Shown here: positions 26,553-38,500 of the stretch, in pieces | Layout of the letters: every line of letters begins with the position of its first letter | How positions within the stretch are numbered: position 1 is the stretch's first letter | DNA from: Macrostomum lignano | Lineage: Eukaryota | Length of the DNA stretch: 64,000 bases | Assembly: GCA_002269645.1 (NCBI GenBank) | Contig: NIVC01000227.1 | Location: 248,001 to 312,000, forward strand | Reading direction: 5' to 3' | The notes under the pieces: model-generated | What the model was told of the DNA's origin: nothing | Seen by the model: only the letters and a program-made list of their open reading frames with translations | Database searches by the model: none | Program-made: the position numbers and the translations under genes

Positions 26553-29500
26553 CTAACGCATACTCGAGTAAAAGAGGCCAGCCAATCCATCTTCATCAGA
26601 GGCTACCGGCGGCTCACCCTGCTTTGATCTCTGCTCGTCGCCAGAGGTTCCCGAAGTCGAAGCTGCTCCGTTGGGCCGAAGGCTCGACCTTCTCTGCAGG
26701 CGGGGATTGCGCTGAACTGAAATGCTGTTCTGACTGCCGCCTGCTGCTGCTGCTGCTGCTGTTGCTGCGCCTCCACCGTTGCTTCCAGGAGAGTCTTGAC
26801 CGTCCGAATTTCCTGAACCGTCTGTTGAAATGAGGGAGCGGGGAGGCTGGTTTAATGAACCCATGGTGTCAGAGAATCGAAAAAATCGATATTTTTATCG
26901 ATATTTCTATCGGCATTTCTATCGACATTTCTATCGACATTTCTATCAGCGATTCCATCGACATTTCTATCGACATTTCTATCGACATTTCTATCGACAT
27001 TTCTATCGACATTTCTATCGACATTTCTATCAGCATTTCCATCGACATTTCTATCGACATTTCTATCGACATTTCTACCGACATTTCTATTGACATTTCT
27101 ATCGGAATTTCTATCGACATTTCTATCGACATTTCTATCGGCATTTCTATCGACAATTCTATCGACATTTCTACCGACATTTCTATCGACATTTCTATCG
27201 ACATTTCAATCGACATTTCTATCGACATTTCTATCGACATTTCTATCGACATTTCTATCGACATTTCTATCGACATTTCTATCGACATTTCCATCGAAAT
27301 TTCTATCGACATTTCTATCGACATTTCTATCGACATTTCTATCGACATTTCTATCGACATTTCTATCAGCATTTCCATTGACATTTCTATCGACATTTCT
27401 ATCGACATTTCTATCGACATTTCTACCGACATTTCTATTGACATTTCTATCGGAATTTCTATCGACATTTCTATCGACATTTCTATCAGCATTTCCATCG
27501 ACATTTCTATCGACATTTCTATCGACATTTCTATCGACATTTCCATCGACATTTCTATCGACATTTCTATCAGCATTTCTATCGACATTTCTATCGACAT
27601 TTCTATCGACATTTCTATCGACATTTCTATCGACATTTCTATCGACATTTCCATCGACATTTCTATCGACGCTTCTATTGACATGAGACGAGAAGGAAAA
27701 TGACCGGAGATATTCTTATCGCTTTGGTTCTATCATTAATTGTGTCGTTAGCAAAGTTGCTTTGGTTTTGAGTATTTGTACTTTTAATTAATTAATTAGA
27801 CTGCAGAAATTTGACCAATTCAATTTTTAGCTCATCCTGCATTAGAGTTGTGAAGTCAAGTCAATAGCTAATTACGTTTTGATGAGGAAATTTTGACAAA
27901 AGAGGTTCTTAAAGGCAATTCTCTAATGGAAAACGTTTTAAGGCATAAGTGGGTGCCTTTAGATTCAAATCGACACTTTCAGGTCGAAAGTAATAACCTT
28001 CAGGTCTAACTCAATGACCTTCAAGTCTAAATCAATAACTTTTAGGTCTAAATGAACAACCCTCAGGTCTCAATCAATGACCTTCAGGTCTGAATCAATG
28101 ACCTTCAGGTCTGAATCAGTAACCTTCAGATCTAAATGAATAACCTTCAGGTCTAAATGAATAACCTTGAGGTCTAAATGAATAACCTTCGGGTCTAAAT
28201 GAACAACCTTCAGGTCTGAATCTATAACCCTCAGGTCTGAATCAATGACCTTCAGGTCTGAATCTATAACCCTCAGGTCTAAATGAATAACCTTCAGGTC
28301 TAAATGAATAACCTTCAGGTCTAAATGAATAACCTTCAGGTCTAAATGAATAACCTTCAGGTCTGAATGAATAGCCTTCAGGTCTAAATGAATAACCTTC
28401 AGGTCTAAATGAACAACCTTCAGGTCTGAATGAATAACCTTCAGGTCTAAATGAACAACCTTCAGGTCTGAATCTATAACCCTCAGGTCTGAATCAATGA
28501 CCTTCAGGTCTGAATCTATAACCCTCAGGTCTGAATCAATGACCTTCAGGTCTGAATCTATAACCCTCAGGTCTGAATCAATGACCTTCAGGTCTGAATC
28601 TATTGTATAACCCTCAGGTCTGAATCAATGACCTTCAGGTCTGAATCTATAACCCTCAGGTCTGAATCAATGACCTTCAGGTCTGAATCAATAACCTTCA
28701 GGTCTCAATCAGTCACCTTCAGGCTCTAAATCAATAATCATCAGGTCTCAATCAGCATCTTCAGAACTGCTATAAAAATTTCGTCCCTCTGAAGTAGACT
28801 TTAAATTCTCATCAAGAATAATGAATATTAATTAGACATTAATTATACCTAAGTCAATTTACCTGGAACAGCCAGCGAACTCCTCAGGGACTTCTTGCTG
28901 CTGGACTGGACATCCATAAACTCTACGGTGATGCCTGGAGGCGTCTCGGGGGCCGAGCCGTTGGTCCCTGGGTGAAAAGCATCGAGTTTTAAAAAGTCAG
29001 TTTTGTCTAAAAATAACTTGAAAACTTTTGTCTCGCTAATGAATTTGAAACGAAACCCGGCATTCATTTGCACGACTTCGCGTCAATGTGTCTAACATCC
29101 TCACCCCAGCCCCACAGCTGTTTCTGTCTTTCAAGTACGCATCGATTGACTAAAATACGTGAACGTGTCCAGTTGGAAGGTCTCAACCCCCTTTTTTGAG
29201 TTACATTTCCGCAATTGTGAAGATTACCATTATTTTAACTTAGCACACACAGCTAACACAGCTATTTTTATAGCTGTGTAGTGACAGTTTCATTTTCATG
29301 TTGTTATCTTTTTACTACATAGTCCCAAGGTTCTATCTATGCACTGACTGCGTATGCATGTGTGTAGGAACTAATGAGCATCGAACTGGAATCCTACCTA
29401 CAACCATGCTTAAGAATACCTTTATAACATGTTTGCATGCTAGATTAATAGAATGGTAATCTTTACTGCCCCCACATCAAATGCAAGTTCATTGATTTCA

Positions 29501-32500
29501 TAATGAAAAATTGGATTTTTTCCATCTCCGCAGTGCATTTTTTCCAGGAAATTGGCCTTCAAAAAATTACACGCTCTTGAGTTTACGTCCGCAGTGCATT
29601 TTTTTCCAGGAAATTGGCCTTAAAAAAATTACGCGATCTTGAGTTTACGTCCGCAGTGCATTTTTTCCAGGAAATTGGCCTCTAAAAAATTACACAATCT
29701 TGAGTTTACGTCCGCAGTGAATTTTTCCAGGAAATTGGCCTCTAAAAAATTACACGACCTTGAGTTTACGTCTGCAGTGCATTTTTCCAGGAAATTGGCC
29801 TTTAAAAAATTACACGATCTTAAGTTTACGTCCGCAGTGCATTTTTTCCAGGAAATTGGCCTTTAAAAAATTACACGACCTTGAGTTTACGTCCGCAGTG
29901 CATTTTTTTTTCCAGGAAATTGGCCTTCAAAAAATTACACGATCTTGAGTTTACGTCCGCAGTGCATTTTTTTCCAGGAAATTGGCCTTTAAAAAATTAC
30001 ACGATCTTAAGTTTACGTCCGCAGTGCATTTTTTCCAGGAAATTGGCCTTTAAAAAATTACACGACCTTGAGTTTACGTCCGCAGTGCATTTTTTTTCCA
30101 GGAAATTGGCCTTCAAAAAATTACACGATCTTGAGTTTACGTCCGCAGTGCATTTTTTTCCAGGAAATTGGCCTCTAAAAAATAACACGACCTTGAGTTT
30201 ACGTCCGCAGTGCATTTTTTTCCAGGAAATTGGCCTTTAAAAAATAACACGACCTTGAGTTTACGTCCGCAGTGAATTTTTCCAGGAAATTGGCCTTTAA
30301 AAAATAACACGATCTTGAGTTTACGTCCGCAGTGCATTTTTTCCAGGAAATTGGCCTCTAAAAAATTACACGATCTTGAGTTTACGTCCTGTAACAGTAC
30401 AGTGGTTGTTGGCTCACACAGGGTGTACACAGCAGCTCTGACTTTCTCATGAAATCTGAAATTTTATGACGGCACTCACTGAGCTTCTCGTCTTGACTTG
30501 CTGCCGCACCCTCCGCCGACGAGTCTTCGGTGTCGTCGCTCTCGCTGTAGTCGCCGCCGCCGAATCCGGGGATGAAGTCGTCGCCAACTTCGGACAGCGA
30601 GCCGACTGTCTGCTTCAGCGCGTCTGGGGCGCCAACCAAAACGCGCTTCTTTCGTTTAGGCAGCTTGAGCCGCGCCTGCGCGTGGGTGTAGTACAGGGCG
30701 AAGTTGTTCACGATGATGGGCACCGGCAGGGCGATGACCAACACGCCGCTGATGGCACAGACGCCTCCGACCAGATATCCTGCGGTGTGTGCGGTCGGCT
30801 TGAAATTTACTCCTGGTAGACAACCCTGTGGCGCAGTGCCTTCGGCGGAGGGGGATCACAAACCCGAAATATCACAAACCCGAAATATCAAAAACCCGAA
30901 ATATCACAAACCCGAAATATCACAAAAACCCGAAATATCACAAAAACCCGAAATATTTGTGATAATTCGGGCTTATGATATTTCGGGTTTGTGACCAAGG
31001 ACTACTTAACAACCTTGTTTGTCCTTGTTTGTGACACTGAGGGTTTGTAATGTTTTGGGTTTATGATATTTCTAGTCTGTGATATTTCGGGTTTATGATA
31101 TTTCGGAGTTGTGATATTTCGGGTTTTTATGATATTTCGGGTTTATGATATTTCGGGTTTATGATATTTCGGTTTTTATGATATTTCGAGTTCTTATGAT
31201 ATTTCCGGTTTTTGATATTTCGGGTTTGTGATATTTCGAGTCTGTGATATTTCGGGTTTTTGATTTTCGGATTTTTGATATTTCGGGTTTATGATATTTC
31301 GGGTTTGTGATATTTCGAGTTTATGATATTTCGAGTTTATGATATTTCGAGTTTATGATATTTCGGGTTTGTGATATTTCGGGTTTGTGATATTTCGGGT
31401 TTATGATATTTCGAGTTTATGATATTTCGGGTTTATGATATTTCGGGTTTATGATATTTCGGGTTTATGATATTTCGGGTTTATGATATTTCGGGTTTAT
31501 GATATTTCGGGTTTTTATGCTATTTCGGGTTTTTATGCTATTTCGGGTTTGTGATGGGGACTCCTTTCGGCGACAAATGCCCAATGCTCAATCCACCAAT
31601 GCCCGAAAATTATTCAAAAGTTAAGTTCCAGCCTCTGCGGCTTAAAATAATCTGTCAGTAAAATACAAATTGAAAAATCTTATTTTTATCTGCTTTCAGA
31701 TTTCTTTGCCTAAAATTGTCTCAGCCGCTGATTCAACTGAAGCAAAGTGCCGTTAGGATTATTTAACACGCCTGTCTGTCTGTCCCGGATAATGCTATAG
31801 ACAGCTGCCTAGCGCATGGACTTTGATTAAGAAAGTACAAATTGTACTTCAAAAACTTTTTAATCCGGCGTCAAGCCTTCCCCCTTTCACAGGATCTGCC
31901 ACCGGGCGGGGTCACGGACACGCAATCGGGAGCATTTTCAATTCAAATCCTGACAGCTCGGCCGAGAAATTCGAGTAATTCTCCCGTCTACCCGGAAACC
32001 GAGTCGCTGATTCAACTGTAATTAAATTGGTGAGCTTCTTCAAGATTGAATCAGTGAATCGCATTTCTAGTGAGTGACCTATCGTGAGGTGAGGATTGCT
32101 CGACGGCTGTTGACTGTTTTAAGACGACAATTTTTAATAAGTAAGCATATATAGTGAGTCTGCGATACCAATACAATGGCAAACATTTTCCAGATAGCTT
32201 CTGTACTTCAAGCTCAACTTTCATGAGATAAAATCGACCTAATGTCGACCGAATAAATGGTATATGCATTGGGGTAGAGGCGTTGGGGTAGAGGCATTGG
32301 GGTAGAGGCATTGGGGTAGAGGCATTGGGGTAGAGGCATTGGGGTAGAAACATTGGGGTAGAGGCATTGGCGTAGAGGCATTGGGGTAGAGGCATTGGGG
32401 TAGAGGCATTGGGGTAGAGTAGGCGTGGGGGTAGAGACGTGGGGGCAGAGGCATTGGGGTAGAGGCGTGGGGGTAGAGGCATTGGGGTAGAGACGTGGGG

Positions 32501-35500
32501 GCAGAGACGTGGGGGTAGAGACGTGGGGGCAGAGGCGTGGGGCAGAGACGTGGGGTAGAGACGTGGGGGCAGAGGCGTGGGGGCAGAGACGTGGGGGCAG
32601 AGACGTGGGGGCAGAGACGTGGGGTACAGACGTGGGGGTACAGACGTGGGGGTAGAGACGTGGGGGTAGAGACGTGGGGGTAGAGACGTGGGGTAGAGAC
32701 GTGGGGGCAGAGGCATGGGGTGGAGGCATGGGGTAGAGGCACGAGTGGTTGAACTCTTAGGGTGGCAGAATCACCTGTAATCATTTGTGGGCTGTTACAA
32801 TGAAACTGTAAAATTCAACCCCCAGCCGAACCTGGCAGTGATTTAGGCACAACGTCTCCGTATCCAAGCGTTGTCATGGTGACCAGAGCCCACCAGAAGC
32901 CGATGGGTATGGTAGTGAACTCGTTGGCGTGCGTCTCAACGAACTGCTCGCAGATGAACACGGCAGTTCCACACAGAATGACAAATATGGCAAAGACTAT
33001 AGCCAAGAGCATCAGCTCTCTGGAGGAGGCCTTCATCGTGTGCACAAGGATTTTCAATCCGGAGAAGTGTCTGGTCAGTTTGAAGATTCGAAATATTCTG
33101 GGCACTTTCAGTATCTGCAGTGCGACCACCGTTGAGTCGGGCGGCATTGCGTAAAATACGACATAGGACACGTAGGCCGTAAACACGGCAACGATGTCGA
33201 TCCAGTTGAGCACCGATTTGAAAAATTCTCCCTTTTGCGGGCAGAACAGTATTCGAGCGAGCAGCTCCAGAGTGAAGTAGAACGTTATGACTATGTCGAA
33301 TACCTGCAGTAAAGGCGTTGGTGGGTATTGTATTAGGCATTGGCCTTAATTATAAATTTTTGGGCCTAGGCACAGGTATTAGAATAGCTAGATGGGCCAT
33401 TCAGCACATTTCCATGCAATCTACTTTCAGTTCAGTAGCAAGTTAAACTGAAGTAGCGTTTTAACGTATTTTTAAAGATAAGGCTAATTTTATTGGCTCA
33501 ACCCCCAGCTTGAACCCTCCAATCGCGCCTTTCCACACTACCCACCCCCCGCCCCGCCCCAATTTTTATTGCTTTTCACGGAATTCCAGCCTAAAGCTGC
33601 CATGTACATTTCAGTTGGACTGGCCAATGTACATTATGGCTGAACCAGTTAGCAAGTTGTTTACGCCTGCAAGCTTGGGCTTCTAAACTTATCAAAGTCA
33701 TTTCAGCTGCCTTTATTTTTATCAAATAGCTTATGTATTCTTTTTTGCTACTGAACTGAAAGTAGAAAGCTGTTTTACTAAATGCATATGCCAGGCAAAT
33801 GCACAGGAGTGTACAGCGGCCCGTACATCGTTAGGCATGTACACTTCACTGCGCCTTGGGGGGTTGGCTCTCAAGGCCGTTAATTGCACGAGCAGAGCCA
33901 AGCCGAGATTCCAATTCAGCCCCAAATTAATGTGACTCCACTTGGAATCTGAACAATATGTGTCCTTGAGCAAGACACTTAAAGGTTATGCGTTGCTTCA
34001 GTTCCCCCAGCTGTAAAATTGGTGCCAGCATTAGCTGGGTACGTAATTGAGGTAACCTTGTTAAGGATCCTAATAAGTTTATGGCATCCTGGTCACCAAT
34101 CGTGCATGACATTGTTTAGCTTCGGAAACAGGATCAGGAGTAGCCTCTGCATAAGTGCAAGCTCGGCGCAATACCAGGGTATTACCAGGCAAAATTGCTG
34201 CGTGCTGGGCAACGGTGTCCCGAATCCTGGACAAATTTATTGTGTCTGCTTCACAAATCTCATAGTTGCTTCATTTTAATGCAGGAGTATGCTCAGACTG
34301 ACTCTCGATCGCAGCACATTACACTTGGTTCTTTTGCAAAGAAATTGGTCTTGGGGATTATTGCGGAACGCACAGATCTCGCCTACACTGCCTGGCAATG
34401 ATACAAAAACAGTACACTGTGTGAGTTGTGAGTCTGAGCACTTATTCGTGTGAGTGCTCAGTGATCAGCGAAATGAGTATACAGCTCAGGTCACGACATC
34501 TGTACCCATTGCATCTTGCACAAAAGTACAAGTGCTTGAAGACTTTAAGCAAGGGGTCGGCAAACTTTTTTATCTCAAGGGCCAGATAGAGAACTTAGAT
34601 AATGACTGCGGGCTGGAGGAGGGGAGAGAGGAGAGGGAATAAATAAGAGAGAAGGGAGATAAGAGGCGAGAGAATAAAGGAGAAGAGAGGAGTGGAGGAG
34701 AGAGGAGGAGAGAGGAGGAGAGAGAAGAGAGAATGGAGATCGATGAGGATAGAGGAGAGGAGCGGAGACGCGAGGAGAAGGGAGAAAAGAAAAGAAGAGG
34801 AGAGGGGAAGAGAGTAGAGAGGAGATTAGACAGAAAAGCGCTGAGAAGAGAGATATACTCGTAGCTCGTAAACATTGAGCGGGCCTGATTGCTATTGTGA
34901 AGTTTCAAAAGACCCCGAGGGCCGGATAGGCTCTTAGAGAGGCTCTTTAGAAAGGGCCGGATAGAGAGGCTCTTTAGAGAGGGCCGGATAGAGAGGCTCT
35001 TTAGACAGGGCCGGATAGAGAGGCTCTTAGAGAGGGCCGGATAGAGAGGCTCTTTAGAGAGGGCCGGATAGAGAGGCTCTTTAGAGAGGCTCTTTAGAGG
35101 GCCGGATAAAGAGGGCCGGATAGAGAGGCTCTTTAGAGAGGGCCGGATAGAGAGGCTCTTTAGAGAGGGCCGGATAGAGAGGCTCTTAGAGAGGGCCGGA
35201 TAGAGAGGCTCTTAGAGAGGGCCGGATAGAGAGGCTCTTAGAGAGGGCCGGATAGAGAGGCTCTTTAGAGAGGGCCGGATAGAGAGGCTCTTAGAGAGGG
35301 CCGGATAGAGAGGCTCTTTAGAGAGGGCCGGATAGAGAGGCTCTTTAGAGAGGCTCTTTAGAGAGGGCCGGATAAAGAGGGCCGGATAGAGAGGCTCTTT
35401 AGAGAGGGCCGGATAGAGAGGCTCTTTAGAGAGGGCCGGATAGAGAGGCTCTTAGAGAGGGCCGGATAGAGAGGCTCTTTAGAGAGGGCCGGATAGAGAG

Positions 35501-38500
35501 GCTCTTTATAGAGGGCCGGACAGAGAGGCTCTTTAGAGAGGGCCGGATAGAGAGGCTCTTTAGAGAGGGCCGGACAGAGAGGCTCTTTAGAGAGGGCCGG
35601 ATAGAGAGGGCCATTCGAAGCAATTTTATCACGTCTGAAATAGCAAAAACACAATGAGCGTACGGTACTGCATACTATTCACAAACATGATTACCTGTAT
35701 AGCCGCGTGAGGGGTAGTCTGCCTGAGACAATCCGACACAGTCAGTCCCGTGCAGTTGCTCACATTCGATTCTGGTCGAACTGTTCGCACACTCGGCAGG
35801 GTTTCCACCATAAAAATGACAATGGACGCCAGGATGAACAGGACGGACACAGTTGCCAGAATCTGGAAGCGAGTTGCGAAAGTTTAACTATGACAATAAT
35901 AACTGCAGGAATGCTGCGGGCGCAATGCCTTCATGCGACATCGTTCCGAAACCAGCGCTGCAATCTAATCGTCGGGCACGTACACTCTGTAAAGCAGCCA
36001 TGATGTTCCGTTGTCTTCAACTCGTACATCAGCCGCGTGGTTTGATGGCTGTGTGAACAGGCCTCAAGGGCATTGTTCTGCCTATACTTAAGGGTTGAAT
36101 GTCTGTCCCCGGCAACAGCAGCACTTCACATCCCATATAGTGATTAAAATCAGACCCGGCTTGCCACAAATGGCTTGCATCAACTGCAGTCAGTATGCCT
36201 CAGTTAGCATTGCAGTGCAGTTCGCCTCATGCACCGTGGATGACAGACACTGCGCATTGACTTCAGACGAATATGTCAACCCCAATCTGACTGGCGATGC
36301 TGCACAAGGGGGGGGGGGGTGGAATGCAACACGAGAGGCTGAATCTGCATAGCAGAGACGCGCAAGGGCCAGGTAGACGATTACTTGCCGTTTGTGTTGC
36401 TTCATTCTCGACAGAATTCACTTCAGCTAACTTTTCCAGCCCAGGCATCCGGCGCTGTAGAAACCGAAAAAAATCGAATTTTTCTGCTTTCTTTCGCTTT
36501 TCTTTAACTTCCTTGATGCCCTTCTGCGCCCCTCTGTCGGCTAGCCGCAATACTCTGTTTCCGTTGCGGAAGCCACAATTCTAACAATTTTTTTGTATTC
36601 TGTTAATTTTTCAATTTTCAACCATTTTTTCTTTAGCTTCAAGCTTCAAGTCGAAGGCCTGTCGTCGGCAGGTAAAGATTAATTAGTCAAGTTTTTACTC
36701 ATAGAAGACTGCTTCAAAGCAAAGCAAATGGCAGACATCGCCGCCACCACTAGTGAAATGTGGCAGCTGAACAAGAAACACCGGCAAATCTTTGGTGTCT
36801 TTTTTCTCAGAAAAAATCCCTCGTTTTCAGCTTATCCATGGGAATTTTGGACATCAGTTGCTACTCAGGACCCAGTCACCCACGGAGTTGGACAGTTCAG
36901 CCTCTAGAATGGATGATGAGGCGGAGGTGTGTGTCAGGTTTCTCTGCCTACTGAGAGGCTTCAGCCCCCACCGCCCCCTGCAACCCAGTTCCTCAATTCA
37001 CTGTCAGCTTCCCGCTTCTCGTCATCAGCAGCTCCTTCTCTTCCCGGATCCGCCCGTATAAAAATATCCCGCTCAGGCCACGCCTTCGCCTCCTCCTGGG
37101 GCCGCCCCTGCCAGCTCCTGCGGCGGATAAAGACGGACCCAGCTAGAGAGTTTTTTTGCTCTAAAACAGACTCAACCACCCGAGGATCTCCTTGGCATGC
37201 ATAATGCAAACGCTTCTTTTATCCCAATTTTCGCGGCGCCTTTTGGGTCGTCCGCGACCTGTTCCACCCCGCTGCAAGCCCGGAGTGGCGGGGGCCGGAC
37301 ACACTCCGGACGCACGCGTCGACCTTTGTTTGACAGTTGTTCCTAGCCCCATTCCACTCCGCGCGGAGATGGCAGATACTGTTGTCGTTGACTCACTACT
37401 GCAATAGCACTGCTGACAAAGTAAACAACATTGACACGCGCAAATCTCAATGAAAGGAATGCCAACGTCCCCCCACCTAGAACGTGAAGATAAATTGCAG
37501 GGATTAACTTCATCAGAGCTAAAATGTTATTTCCCTTCACAACTGCTGTTCGCATGTTCGTGTCAACAACTGCACAAAACTTAGTGCTGCACCGTTGTCT
37601 GAGCCAAAGTGCCATAGTGTTCATGCAATAGATTAGTCAGTCAGTCAGTCAGTCAGTCAGTCAGTCAGTCAGTCAGTCAGTCAGTCAGTCAGTCAGTCAG
37701 TCAGTCAGTCAGTCAGTCAGTCAGTCAGTCAGTCAGTCAGTCAGTCAGTCAGTCAGTCAGTCAGTCAGTCAGTCAGTCAGTCAGTCAGTCAGTCAGTCAG
37801 TCAGTCAGTCAGTCAGTCAGTCAGTCAGTCAGTCAGTCAGTCAGTCAGTCAGTCAGTCAGTCAGTCAGTCAGTCAGTCAGTCAGTCAGTCAGTCAGTCAG
37901 TCAGTCAGTCAGTCACAGTCAGTCAGTCAGTCAGTCAGTCAGTCAGTCAGTCAGTCAGTCAGTCAGTCAGTCAGTCAGTCAGTCAGTCAGTCAGTCAGTC
38001 AGTCAGTCAGTCAGTCAGTCAGTCAGTCAGTCAGTCAGTCAGTCAGTCAGTCAGTCAGTCAGTCAGTCAGTCAGTCAGTCAGTCAGTCAGTCAGTCAGTC
38101 AGTCAGTCAGTCAGTCAGTCAGTCAGTCAGTCAGTCAGTCAGTCAGTCAGTCAGTCAGTCAGTCAGTCAGTCAGTCAGTCAGTCAGTCAGTCAGTCAGTC
38201 AGTCAGTCTCACCTTCCCGGGCACTCCGACTCCCTGCCCCTCCAGCCAGGCCCAGGCCCTGGGCCGGCAGCGCTGCCACCAGGTGAGCTCAGGCGCGGCG
38301 GCCTCTTCGATGCCGAACTTCTTCGCCGTGTCATTCTCACCGTCGTCGTCGTCATCGTCAGACAGTTCGCCGCCGTTCAGCTCAGCGAGGGTCTCCTGCG
38401 CGTCCCGGTGGGTCCGGTAGGTGGTCCAGCAGCAGGACTCCATCTGCTTCTCGTCGATGCCCCAGTAGGCCAGCTCCTCCTCGAACATGGGGCCGCAGAT

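Noticed and set aside
36100-37630. Nested gene or TE remnant in the Kv3 intron (several 60-95 aa ORFs on both strands)
   Set aside because: No recognisable domain, and no phase-consistent exon chain without invoking introns of about 35 nt.
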